Assembly (NCBI GenBank): GCA_963788925.1
Contig: CAWBIH010000002.1
Coordinates: 503,752 to 567,751, forward strand
Source: an uncultured Actinomycetota bacterium
GTDB lineage: Bacteria > Actinomycetota > UBA4738 > HRBIN12
Reading direction: 5' to 3'
DNA length: 64,000 nt
In this document: positions 51,176 to 59,946 of the stretch, piece by piece
Layout of the letters: every line of letters begins with the position of its first letter
Numbering within the stretch: the stretch's first letter is position 1
Notes under the pieces: model-generated
Database searches by the model: none
The model's input: the letters and a program-made list of their open reading frames with translations, nothing else
What the model was told of the DNA's origin: nothing
Translations under genes and position numbers: made by a program

Positions 51176-52384
51176 ATGGCGCTGGCGCTCGAGTTCTATC
51201 GTTCCGCGCCGAAGTACCTCGGGGCGCGGACGCTCGGCTCGAAGGCACCCGGGCTACTGACCGGTGGGCTCGCTCCGCTCAGGCTCGTGACCCAGAAGGA
51301 CCCGGAACCGAAGCGCGAGGGGTGGGCGCGCGTCAAGCCCCGGCTCTCCGGGATCTGTGGGAGCGACCTCTCCACGATCTCGGGGAGGTCGTCGTTCTAC
51401 TTCTCGCCGCTCGTCTCACTGCCGTTCGTGCCCGGCCACGAGGTCGTCGGCGAGCTCCTCGATGACGTCGGCGACCTCGTGGCCGGGCAACGGGTCGTGA
51501 TCTCGAGCGTCCTCGGTTGCGCGGCACGGGGCGAGGAGCCTCCGTGTGAGCATTGCGCTTCGGGTCAGGTCGGCCGTTGCGACCGGGTGACGGTGGGACA
51601 TCTGAAGCCCGGGCTCCAGACCGGCTATTGCACCGAGACCGGGGGCGGATGGAGCCGACTGATGCTCGCCCATCGGTCACAGCTGTGGCCGGTCCCCGAC
51701 GGGATGAGCGATCAGACCGCGGTCCTCATCGAGCCGTTCGCCTGCGCGATCCACGCGGCCTTCCGCGCCGAGATCCCTGCGGGGGGAACCGTGCACATCG
51801 TCGGCGCCGGCACGGTCGGCATCCTCACGTTGATCGCGATCAAGGCTCTCACGAAAGCCGATCACGTCGTCGTGGCAGCGAAGCACCAGCGTCAGCGCGC
51901 CGCCGCGACGATGGCCGGCGCCGACGACGTCGTGCGTCCGGAGCATGCCGTGAAGGCGGTTCGCCGGACCGATCACGCGGTGAAGCTCACCCCGGAGCGC
52001 GGGATGGACTTCCTCCTCGGGGGAGTCGACGTGGCGATCGAGTGCACGGGGTCGAGCAGCGCGCTCGACCTTGCGCTGAGGACGACGAAGGCAGGGGGCC
52101 GTGTCGTCGTCTCGGGCATCCCGGGCGGTGGCGCCGATCTCACCCCGTTGTGGTTCCGCGAGCTCGAGCTCGCGGGTGCCTACACGTCGGGCGTCGAGGA
52201 CCTCGGGAAGGGCGTCACGCGCCCGACGTTCGAGATCGCGATGGATCTCGCTTCGAACCTGCCCATGCTCGAGCAACTCGTGGGCGCGACCTACCCCCTC
52301 GACCGCTGGCGCGAGGCACTCGATCACGCGATGGCAGCCGGCACGCTCGGTACCTTCAAAGTGGCGTTCGCGCCGCAGGCCTAG
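51176..52384 (+). CDS. zinc-dependent alcohol dehydrogenase (MDR superfamily)
   Basis: Catalytic zinc ligands in GICGSDL...GHEVVGEL, a structural-zinc Cys cluster (CAARGEEPPCEHC...C), and NAD motif VHIVGAGTVGIL. ATG sits 7 nt after the preceding stop. Confidence 0.85.
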   Translation: MALALEFYRSAPKYLGARTLGSKAPGLLTGGLAPLRLVTQKDPEPKREGWARVKPRLSGICGSDLSTISGRSSFYFSPLVSLPFVPGHEVVGELLDDVGDLVAGQRVVISSVLGCAARGEEPPCEHCASGQVGRCDRVTVGHLKPGLQTGYCTETGGGWSRLMLAHRSQLWPVPDGMSDQTAVLIEPFACAIHAAFRAEIPAGGTVHIVGAGTVGILTLIAIKALTKADHVVVAAKHQRQRAAATMAGADDVVRPEHAVKAVRRTDHAVKLTPERGMDFLLGGVDVAIECTGSSSALDLALRTTKAGGRVVVSGIPGGGADLTPLWFRELELAGAYTSGVEDLGKGVTRPTFEIAMDLASNLPMLEQLVGATYPLDRWREALDHAMAAGTLGTFKVAFAPQA

Positions 52385-52416
52385 GAAACACGAACGAGGA
52401 CAGGAGAGACGAACAC

Positions 52417-54006
52417 ATGCCCAGACCCGGATTCGTGTTGGAGGTGGATGAACGGACGCCCCCGCTCCTGATCCATGAGGGCGAGGGCTTCCGCATGCAG
52501 AAGTTCCCGCTCGGCACCCGGGTCGTGTACCCACCGGATGCCCTCCCTGGGATCCGAGACGTCAACGCGGCGATCCGCCACGCCCTGCTCAACCCCACGG
52601 GAGACTCGCAGCCGCTTCCGGACCTGCTCAAGGCCGGGATGAAGCTGACGATCGCGGTGGACGACATCTCGATCCCCTTGCCGCCGATGACGCGCCCCGA
52701 TATCCGTCAGCGGATCCTCGAGCAGGTGATCGAGCTGGCGGCGCGCAGCGGGGTCGAGGACGTGCAGATCGTGGTCGCGACCGCCCTTCACCGGCGGATG
52801 ACCGCCGACGAGATCCGCCGGATGGTCGGGGAGCGGGTCTTCCGTTCGTTCTGGCCCAAGGACCTCTACAACTTCGACGGCGAGGACAAGGACGCGCTGA
52901 CGCTCATCGGGACCACCGACGAGCACGAGGACGTCGAGATCTCCAAGCGCGCCGCGGAGTCGGACCTTCTCGTCTACATCAACGTCAACCTGGTCGCGAT
53001 GGACGGGGGGCACAAGTCGGTCGCGATCGGCCTCGCCGGATACCGCTCGCTCCGACATCACCACAACGTCGAGACGATGATGCACTCGCGGTCCTACATG
53101 GACCCGAGGCCCGGGCATAGTGCGATCGCCGACTCCGCCACCCGGATGGGCCGGTTGATCGCCGCCAACGGACTCAAGATCTTCCAGATCGAGACCACCT
53201 TGAACGCGGAGACGTTCCCGAAGAACCTCGGCTTCCTGAACAAGCGAGAGTGGGAGTGGTCCGCGTACGACCAGGGGCTCATGATGGCGGCCCGGAAGGC
53301 GAATCAGATGGCGCCACCGCGGATGCGCCGAGAGTTCTACAAGCGGGTCGAGGCTCCCTACAAGCTCACGGGGGTCAGCGCGGGCGAGGTGGAGGCCGTC
53401 CACGACCGGACCCTCGAGAACCTGCACCGGCAACAGCTGGTCGAGGTCCGGGGACAGTCCGACGTGCTCGTGCTCGGACTTCCCTACATCAGCCCCTACA
53501 ACGTCAACTCGATCATGAACCCGATCCTGGTCCACTGCCTCGGGCTCGGCTACCTCTTCAACATGTACCGGAACATGCCGCTGGTGAAGCCGGGCGGCGT
53601 CGTGATCATGTACCACCCGGTTCCGTGGGAGTTCCATCAGATCCATCACCCCTCGTACATCGACTTCTTCGAAGAGGTGCTGGCGGAGACCACCGACCCG
53701 TCCACGATCGAATCGAAGTACGAAGAGCGATATGCGACCGACCCCTGGTACACGCACCTGTACCGGACGTCGCACGCGTACCACGGCGTGCATCCCTTCT
53801 ACATGTGGTACTGGGGAGCGCACGGGCGCGACCACGCCGGCGACGTGATCTTCGTCGGCGGAGAGCCGAAGTCCGTCGCGCGCCTCGGGTATCGCGCCGC
53901 CGGATCGTTCCGCGACGCATTGGAGATGGCGAAGGACACCGTCGGGTCCTCCCCGACGATCACGTACTTCCACGCCCCGCCGATCATGATCGCCGACGTG
54001 GTGTGA
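52417..54006 (+). CDS. LarA-like (DUF2088) nickel-pincer-type hydroxy-acid racemase/epimerase family protein
   Basis: 529 aa. DUF2088 N-domain (KLTIAVDDISIP...) and a GGHKS block matching the LarA Gly-Gly-x-Lys-Ser cofactor-lysine loop. His-rich region RSLRHHHN. RBS GAGGACAGGAGAG. Confidence 0.7.
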   Translation: MPRPGFVLEVDERTPPLLIHEGEGFRMQKFPLGTRVVYPPDALPGIRDVNAAIRHALLNPTGDSQPLPDLLKAGMKLTIAVDDISIPLPPMTRPDIRQRILEQVIELAARSGVEDVQIVVATALHRRMTADEIRRMVGERVFRSFWPKDLYNFDGEDKDALTLIGTTDEHEDVEISKRAAESDLLVYINVNLVAMDGGHKSVAIGLAGYRSLRHHHNVETMMHSRSYMDPRPGHSAIADSATRMGRLIAANGLKIFQIETTLNAETFPKNLGFLNKREWEWSAYDQGLMMAARKANQMAPPRMRREFYKRVEAPYKLTGVSAGEVEAVHDRTLENLHRQQLVEVRGQSDVLVLGLPYISPYNVNSIMNPILVHCLGLGYLFNMYRNMPLVKPGGVVIMYHPVPWEFHQIHHPSYIDFFEEVLAETTDPSTIESKYEERYATDPWYTHLYRTSHAYHGVHPFYMWYWGAHGRDHAGDVIFVGGEPKSVARLGYRAAGSFRDALEMAKDTVGSSPTITYFHAPPIMIADVV

Positions 54007-54016
54007 GGAGAGCGGG

Positions 54017-54925
54017 ATGAGCATGAAGAGCGAACTGAAGGCGATGGCGGAAGGGTTCCGATGGGGCCGGCGTCCGCTGGTCCCTCGCTCGGCGGAAGAA
54101 CACACCGAGCCGAAGGTCGACCGCGTCTTCCCCTCCGATTGGGCCCGCACCGACGCGGGAGTCGCAGCCCGGCAGGTCCTGTTGAAAGGGGCGATGCACC
54201 CCATCGTTCGGAACGAGCTCACCCTCCGCGTGTTCGGGCGAGACAACCTCGAAGGCGTCGACCCACCGCTGATCTTCTATTCGAACCACTCGAGCCATCT
54301 CGACGCGACCCTGATCATGTGCACCCTGCCCGATGCGTGGCAGGCCAAGACGGGAGTGGGGGCGGCGCGCGACTACTTCTTCGACGTCTGGTGGCGCCAG
54401 GCGTTCACCGCGCTCGTCTACGGTGCGTTCCCTATCGACCGAACCCGCGGCGCGAAGGGGGCCGTCGACAAGGCTCGCGAGCTCCTCTCCGAGGGGTGGA
54501 GCATCGTCGTCTTCCCCGAGGGGACGCGCTCGGCCGACGGCCATCTGCAGCGGTTCCGGCACGGCGCCGCCCGGCTCGCGCTGGAGACGGGGGCCGGCCT
54601 CGCGCCCATCGCGATCGTCGGTGCGTTCCAGGCGATGCCGAAGGGCCGGTTCTGGCCACGTTCCGGGCGACCTCCCGTCACGGTCCGCTACGGAGAGCCC
54701 TTCTGGCCGCACGAGGGAGAGACCCATCAGGACCTGTCTCGGCGCATGACGCAGGCGGTGACCCAGCTCTTCCACGAGGAACGAACGACCTGGTGGGAAG
54801 CGCTCCATCGAGCCAACCAAGGCGAAACCCCGTCGCTCGTCGGCCCACAGGGGCCCGACTGGCTCCGGCGGTGGGAGGGTTCGCGGCCCCTCGGTCGCAA
54901 GGGTCCCGCGAAGGTCTGGGAGTAA
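54017..54925 (+). CDS. lysophospholipid acyltransferase (PlsC / LPLAT family)
   Basis: Acyltransferase motif I NHSSHLD (HX4D), motif III FPEGTRS, and motif IV region. Confidence 0.85.
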   Translation: MSMKSELKAMAEGFRWGRRPLVPRSAEEHTEPKVDRVFPSDWARTDAGVAARQVLLKGAMHPIVRNELTLRVFGRDNLEGVDPPLIFYSNHSSHLDATLIMCTLPDAWQAKTGVGAARDYFFDVWWRQAFTALVYGAFPIDRTRGAKGAVDKARELLSEGWSIVVFPEGTRSADGHLQRFRHGAARLALETGAGLAPIAIVGAFQAMPKGRFWPRSGRPPVTVRYGEPFWPHEGETHQDLSRRMTQAVTQLFHEERTTWWEALHRANQGETPSLVGPQGPDWLRRWEGSRPLGRKGPAKVWE

Positions 54926-54930
54926 GCCGG

Positions 54931-55545
54931 GTGCCGAGGACCGGCGGCGAGGAACGGCGTTCGACCCTCATCGAGGAGGCCATCCGGCAGTTCGGTCGCG
55001 AGGGCTTCGGGGGCGCGAGTCTCGACGATATCGCCGGTGCCGTCGGCGTCCGGAAGCAGACGCTCCTGTACTACTTCCAGAACAAGGACGCGTTGCTCGA
55101 GGCGTGTCTCCAGGCGGCGGGGATCAGGCTGGCGGAAGTGATCGGGCAGGCGCTCGAAGGCAAGGAGGGGTACTGGGAACGTGCCGAAGCCGTCATCCAC
55201 TCGGTGTTCGACCTCGCCGCGGAGTGGCCGGAATTCCCCATGTTCATCAGGGAAGCGGGTCGACTGGGTCCGCTCGCGTTCGAGCGGTTCGCCGACGTGC
55301 TCGACCCGCTCAGACGTCGCGCGGTCGACTTCCTGCGGTCCGGGATGGACGACGGTCAGGTCCGGAAGCAAGACCCCACGATGCTCCTGTTCACGCTGTA
55401 CACGGCGGTCGTCGGATCCCTCACTGAGGCGAGCGTCCTCAACGCCGTCGTGGGCGCCGACAAGAGCCGGGCGTCACTCCGGCGACGCGAGAAGGAGGTG
55501 GTCGCGTTCGTTCGCGCGGCTCTGGAGCCGGTGGGGGATCGCTAG
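54931..55545 (+). CDS. TetR-family transcriptional regulator
   Basis: N-terminal HTH (IEEAIRQFGREGFGGASLDDIAGAVGVRKQTLLYYFQNKDALL). GTG sits 5 nt after the plsC-like stop. Confidence 0.85.
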   Translation: MPRTGGEERRSTLIEEAIRQFGREGFGGASLDDIAGAVGVRKQTLLYYFQNKDALLEACLQAAGIRLAEVIGQALEGKEGYWERAEAVIHSVFDLAAEWPEFPMFIREAGRLGPLAFERFADVLDPLRRRAVDFLRSGMDDGQVRKQDPTMLLFTLYTAVVGSLTEASVLNAVVGADKSRASLRRREKEVVAFVRAALEPVGDR

Positions 55546-55580
55546 TTCGGGACGATCAACGCCGGGTAGGGAAACGTCGC

Positions 55581-56270
55581 TCACGCCAGTGCCCAGAAAG
55601 GTCCCGTGAGCCCGATCCCGTCGAAGATCGCCTGTGCCTCCTCCGGCGTCTTCCGTCGCCAGTCCGGTGAGAGACGATCCCCGAACCATCGCGTCGCGAG
55701 CTGCCATCCCTGCTGGGGCGTGAGGGTCGAGCCGATCTCGGTCCGCCGTTCCTCGGTCCACCTCGTCACGTGCTCTTCCGACCGGAAGAGGAGCATGCTC
55801 GCTCAGGTGGAACCGATGTCGTCCCACCAGCGCGCGGCCGGCACGGCGAAATGGATGACGCCGCCTGCGGACGGTTCGAGCGCCCCGTCTCGGATGTCGA
55901 GCGAGAGCGGCTCGGAGCAGTCGGGGCAGTAGGTTCGGATGCGCGCGTCGGCGTGCAAGCACGCGGGGATCCCGAGTGCGTCCCAGACGCAATTGCCGAA
56001 GTAGCGACGGTCGGCGACCTCGACCTCGAAGGGTGTCGGGATCGCCGAGAACGGGTTCGCCATCCAGATGTAGGGCGTCCCCGGGGCGAGGACGAGGACG
56101 TGGCCCTCCGAGAGCCGTCGAAGGGAGGCCTCGACATCCCGGGCGGCGATCCCGAGCTCGACCGCCATCTCGGGCGCCGTGGGAGGTCGTCCGTCCTCCA
56201 CGATCCTCCGGTACACGGTAAGGCGGACGTCCCGGTCGAGGGTCGAGGCGTCGCCGGAAGAGGCGACCAT
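55581..56270 (-). CDS. organomercurial (alkylmercury) lyase MerB-family protein with an in-frame TGA at the position of catalytic Cys159 (candidate selenocysteine codon, or a nonsense lesion)
   Basis: Aligns along its length with MerB (FEVEVADRRYFGNCVWDALGIPA matches [21 protein letters not shown] with Cys96/Asp99). C-terminus ...DDIGST-TGA-ASMLLFRSEEH matches ...RQSFC(159)CHVHFFAS. Codon 55805-55803 is TGA. A hairpin CTCTTCC-GGTC-GGAAGAG begins 11 nt downstream. Confidence 0.6.
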
Positions 56271-56276
56271 GCGGTC

Positions 56277-56879
56277 CTAGGAGTAGAACTCGACGACGAG
56301 GCGCTCTTCCAGGGTCACCGGGAGCGGGATCTCGTCGCGTTCCGGGATCCGCGTGAACGAGCCCTTGATCTCGTCCTTGTTGCGGTAGAGGTAGGCCGGC
56401 GGATCGGGCGTGATCTGGATCGCTTCACGCACCAAGATGAAGTTCCGCGCCTTCTCGGTGAGGCCGATCTCCTGGCCCGGCTTCACCTGCGCGCTCGGAA
56501 CGTCGATCCGCTTGCCGTCGATGAGCACGTGGCCGTGGGACACGAGCTGCCGGGCCTGGTGGATCGTGAGAGCGAACCCCAGACGTAGGATCACCGCATC
56601 GATCCGGGTCTCCAGCTGCTTGAGCAGCTCCTCGCCGGTCACGCCCATCGAACGGTGCGCGCGCTCGTAGTACTTGCGCATCTGCCGCTCGCCCACCGCG
56701 TAGATCGCCCGCATCTTCTGCTTCTCCACCAGCCGGGTCTGATACTCCGAGATCCGCTTGCGGCCTCGGCCGTGCATGCCGGGTGGGTAGGGCCGCTTGT
56801 TGGCAGGACAATTGGGGCGCCCACATAAGGGGGCGCCCACACGTCTGCACATGCGGTGCTTGGGTCCGATCTTGTCCAT
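56277..56879 (-). CDS. rpsD: 30S ribosomal protein S4
   Basis: 200 aa. MDKIGPKHRMCRRVGAPLCG zinc-ribbon-like N-terminus and S4 RNA-binding domain. Start coordinate is uncertain by 1 nt. Confidence 0.85.
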   Translation of the reverse strand: MDKIGPKHRMCRRVGAPLCGRPNCPANKRPYPPGMHGRGRKRISEYQTRLVEKQKMRAIYAVGERQMRKYYERAHRSMGVTGEELLKQLETRIDAVILRLGFALTIHQARQLVSHGHVLIDGKRIDVPSAQVKPGQEIGLTEKARNFILVREAIQITPDPPAYLYRNKDEIKGSFTRIPERDEIPLPVTLEERLVVEFYS

Positions 56880-56921
56880 CGAGGCCAGCCAGGCTACCAG
56901 AGGCCCTCGGCGGGAATCGTG

Positions 56922-57848
56922 TCGATAGGCTTCGAACCCGTGGATGACCTGCGGGAACGGGTGGTGGGGTGCGTTCTCGGGCTGGCGCTCGGGGACGCGC
57001 TCGGGGCGCCGTTCGAGTTCCGTCGGCGCAGCGAGATCCCCGATCCGCTGCCGGCGTTCGAGAAGAGCTGGATGGGGCTCGCGCCCGGTCAGTGGACCGA
57101 CGACACCGCGATGGCGCGCAACCTCTGCCGCTCGCTCACGGAGCGCGGTCGGCTGGACACGGACGACGTGCTGCAGCGGCACCTGGACTGGTTGGCCACC
57201 GATCCGCCGGATGTCGGGACCCTCACGCGACGCGTGCTCGGGGGCATCCGGGACGGAGTCCCGGATGCGGCGGAGCGATACGTGTCGGAACGAGGGCCGG
57301 AGGTCTCGGCCGGGAACGGCTCCGTGATGTACTGCGCGCCGCTCGGAGCTTTCCGAGCGGCGCGCGCGGAGCTGCTCGTCGAGGATGCGCCTGCGCTCTC
57401 CGCGATCACGCACTGGGACGAGCGTTGCCGCACCGCGTGCCTGGCCGTGACGCTCGCGGTCGCGGCGCTGGTGCGGGGAGAGGCGCATCGGGAGGCGGTC
57501 GAGAGAGCGGTGGGGACCGTGATCGACCGGGAGGGAGGAGAGGAGCTCGAGTACCTCGTGGCGGAGGCGGGGCGAGCGAGACCCCTCGATGGTCCCGACA
57601 TGGGCTTCACGCTGTTCACCGCCGGGATCGGGCTCCAGGCGGCGGCCGAGGGCATGCCCCTCGATGAAGGCTTGCGGTACGTCGTGGCGCTCGGTGGCGA
57701 CACCGACACGAACGCGGCCGTGACGGGTGGGTTGCTCGGCGCCCTTCACGGCCGGGCAGCGCTCCCGGGCGCCTGGCTGGAGAAGTTGGTGGATCGCCGG
57801 GCGATCGAAGCGGAAGCCGAGGCGCTGGCTGGCGCGGCGACCGCCTAG
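56922..57848 (+). CDS. ADP-ribosylglycohydrolase family protein
   Basis: ARH motifs (GCVLGLALGDALGAPFEF...GQWTDDTAMA...GGDTDTNAAVTGGLLGA). A start downstream of the ORF-track ATG is chosen to avoid a 24-nt overlap with rpsD. Confidence 0.75.
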   Translation, partial: SIGFEPVDDLRERVVGCVLGLALGDALGAPFEFRRRSEIPDPLPAFEKSWMGLAPGQWTDDTAMARNLCRSLTERGRLDTDDVLQRHLDWLATDPPDVGTLTRRVLGGIRDGVPDAAERYVSERGPEVSAGNGSVMYCAPLGAFRAARAELLVEDAPALSAITHWDERCRTACLAVTLAVAALVRGEAHREAVERAVGTVIDREGGEELEYLVAEAGRARPLDGPDMGFTLFTAGIGLQAAAEGMPLDEGLRYVVALGGDTDTNAAVTGGLLGALHGRAALPGAWLEKLVDRRAIEAEAEALAGAATA

Positions 57849-58057
57849 GAGGCGGTCGCCGCGCCCACCCCCGGCACGTACTCGTCGCCGATCCTGCGCA
57901 CGACGTCGATGGCTTCGAGATCGGACATCACCCTGATGGCATCGCCGATCGACAAGCCGAACCGGCCGGCGACCTCGTCGAGGGTCCACACCGCGGAGGG
58001 ATCCGAGAAGACCTTCGCGATCGCATCTCCGCTGCCGTCGTTCGGGCGCATCGGCAT
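57845..58057 (-). CDS. hypothetical small protein (70 aa)
   Basis: Near-consensus RBS GAGGAGG 7 nt upstream of the ATG. Stop overlaps the end of the ADP-ribosylglycohydrolase gene. No known motif. Confidence 0.45.
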   Translation of the reverse strand: MPMRPNDGSGDAIAKVFSDPSAVWTLDEVAGRFGLSIGDAIRVMSDLEAIDVVRRIGDEYVPGVGAATAS

Positions 58058-58234
58058 CCTCCTCGGTCGTAGTGTCTTTCGGACTCCCGACGGTCACCAG
58101 GGGTTCCCGGCAACCTTCCCGAGTTCTTCATCCGTCGTTCATCGATGCCTTGGAGCAGTTGGCGTGTGACTGGCGTAACGCGAGGGAGGGAACGCGATAC
58201 GGTCGGGGAACCGAGCGAGCCGGGAGGTCGCAGC

Positions 58235-59461
58235 ATGGCGGAGACTCTGGTCTACGGCGCGAGCTGGTGCCCCGATTGCCGACGCGCGAAGAAGTTCCTG
58301 GCGGATCAGCGCGTGGGCTACGAGTGGCACGACATCGAGAGCGAGCCGGAGGGCGCGAAGGTGGTTCGGGATCGGAACGACGGGAAGAACATCATCCCCA
58401 CGGTCATCTTCCCCGATGGCACGCATCTCTCCGAGCCCTCGAACGAGGAGCTGGCGGAGAAGCTCGGCCTCCAACGACAGGCGATGCAGCACGTCTACGA
58501 CCTGATCATCGTGGGTGGCGGGCCGACCGGTCTGACGACCGCGATCTATGCGGCGCGCGAGAACCTCGAGACGCTGATCATCGATTCGAAGGGCCTTGGC
58601 GGTCAGGCGGGGGTGACGGAGCGACTCGACAACTACCCCGGGTTCCCCGAGGGGATCGCCGGAGCCGAGCTCGCCGACCGCTTCGTCAAGCAGGCCGAGC
58701 GGTACGGGGTCGAGATGCTGCAGGCCGTATCCGTCACGAGCATCTCGGCGGACTCGGGCATGACCGCCGACGGCGACGAGCTCGATATCGCGACCGCGAC
58801 CGGTGACCATTACCACGCACGAGCGGCGCTGGTCGCGACCGGATCTTCTTACCGGCGAACGAACGCCGAGGGTGAGGACGACCTGATCGGCGCGGGGGTC
58901 CATTTCTGCGCGACCTGCGACGGCCCCTTCTACAAGGGCTCGGACGAGCTGATGGTGATCGGCGGCGGCAACTCCGGCCTCGAGGAGGGCGTCTTCCTGA
59001 CCCAGTTCACGGACAAGGTCACGATCGTTGAGCGAGGCGACCGGCTGCGCGGGTCGAGGATCCTCCAGGACAAGGTCCTCGACCACCCGAGGATGGAGGT
59101 GGAACTGCGACACGGCGTGAAGGAGTTCCGCAAGAAAGAGGACGGTTCCGGCAAGCTCGGGGCCGTCGTGATCGAGGATCTCGAGTCGGGGGAGATCGAG
59201 GAGCACCACCCCGCCGGCGTGTTCGTCTTCATCGGCCTCGATCCGAACACCGACTTCCTGAAGGGGATCGTCGAGCTGGATGAGCGGGGGTTCGTTGCCG
59301 CCGACCCCACCTTCATGAGCTCGATGCCGGGGGTCTTCGCCGCCGGCGACGTGCGGGGTGGGTCGACGAAACAGCTCGCGTCGGCGGTGGGCGAGGGCGC
59401 GGCGGCGGCGATCCAGATCCGCGGCTATCTCGACCGGCTCGAGCAGCGCCGGACGGCGTAG
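58235..59461 (+). CDS. glutaredoxin-like (CPDC thioredoxin-fold) domain fused to thioredoxin-disulfide reductase
   Basis: N-terminal about 80 aa LVYGASWCPDCRRAKKFL (Grx/NrdH-like CxxC). The remainder is TrxR (IIVGGGPTGLTTA FAD motif, redox CATCDG, NADPH motif VIGGGNSGLEEG). RBS GGGAGG. Start at 58235, not the ORF-track 58145. Confidence 0.85.
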   Translation: MAETLVYGASWCPDCRRAKKFLADQRVGYEWHDIESEPEGAKVVRDRNDGKNIIPTVIFPDGTHLSEPSNEELAEKLGLQRQAMQHVYDLIIVGGGPTGLTTAIYAARENLETLIIDSKGLGGQAGVTERLDNYPGFPEGIAGAELADRFVKQAERYGVEMLQAVSVTSISADSGMTADGDELDIATATGDHYHARAALVATGSSYRRTNAEGEDDLIGAGVHFCATCDGPFYKGSDELMVIGGGNSGLEEGVFLTQFTDKVTIVERGDRLRGSRILQDKVLDHPRMEVELRHGVKEFRKKEDGSGKLGAVVIEDLESGEIEEHHPAGVFVFIGLDPNTDFLKGIVELDERGFVAADPTFMSSMPGVFAAGDVRGGSTKQLASAVGEGAAAAIQIRGYLDRLEQRRTA

Positions 59462-59464
59462 GAG

Positions 59465-59704
59465 ATGATGCGAGGGATGGACGAGGGCGAACACGCGCCG
59501 ATGGATCCACCGATGGAGGCGAAGGAGATCTTCGAGCTGATCGTGAAAGCCGACGAGAAGCTCAAGTACGCGACCGCTGAGAAGAGCGACGCCCGTCGCC
59601 GCCAGGCGACCGATCTCCTGACGCAGGCGCTCGACGCGGCCCGGGCGATCGGGAACGACGCACTGGTGCAGCAGGCCGAGCTCCGCCTGTCAGACCTGGC
59701 CTAG
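59465..59704 (+). CDS. hypothetical small protein
   Basis: 79 aa acidic/helical ORF 4 nt after the trxR-fusion stop. No motif. Confidence 0.35.
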   Translation: MMRGMDEGEHAPMDPPMEAKEIFELIVKADEKLKYATAEKSDARRRQATDLLTQALDAARAIGNDALVQQAELRLSDLA

Positions 59705-59946
59705 ATCGTTCTCCAGTCGCGGAACGCCGCCAGCAGGATGACCTTCTGCTCATCCGGGACTTGCTCCTCCGTGAGCGTCCCGGTCGCTCGGATCGTCGCC
59801 TCCATCTGAGCCATGTAGCGGGTGCAGCCGTCGCAGGCGGCGAGGTGCGACTCGAACCGGCGGCGCTGGCGGCCACGAAGCGTCCCCTCGAGGTAGCCGG
59901 TGATCAACTCCACCAACTCCTTGCAGGTCAGATCGCGTCCCATCAT
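59701..59946 (-). CDS. zinc-dependent anti-sigma factor (ZAS family), RsrA-like
   Basis: 81 aa with an N-terminal Cys (LTCKEL) and the H-x3-C-x2-C motif HLAACDGC. Overlaps the sigma-factor stop (ATGA). Confidence 0.8.
   Translation of the reverse strand: MMGRDLTCKELVELITGYLEGTLRGRQRRRFESHLAACDGCTRYMAQMEATIRATGTLTEEQVPDEQKVILLAAFRDWRTI

Noticed and set aside
55797-55802. Reading the MerB locus as two independent genes (155 aa and 71 aa)
   Set aside because: The 71-aa piece begins 2 codons after the TGA in the same frame. It carries the conserved MerB C-terminal motif (LLFRSEEH) and has no RBS of its own. The two pieces form one MerB-family reading frame interrupted only by the TGA.
56880-58097. 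Upper 400 aa of the 606-aa minus-strand ORF that ends as rpsD
   Set aside because: Only the last 200 aa are S4. The upstream part is antisense to the ADP-ribosylglycohydrolase gene and has no motifs. rpsD starts at the internal ATG.
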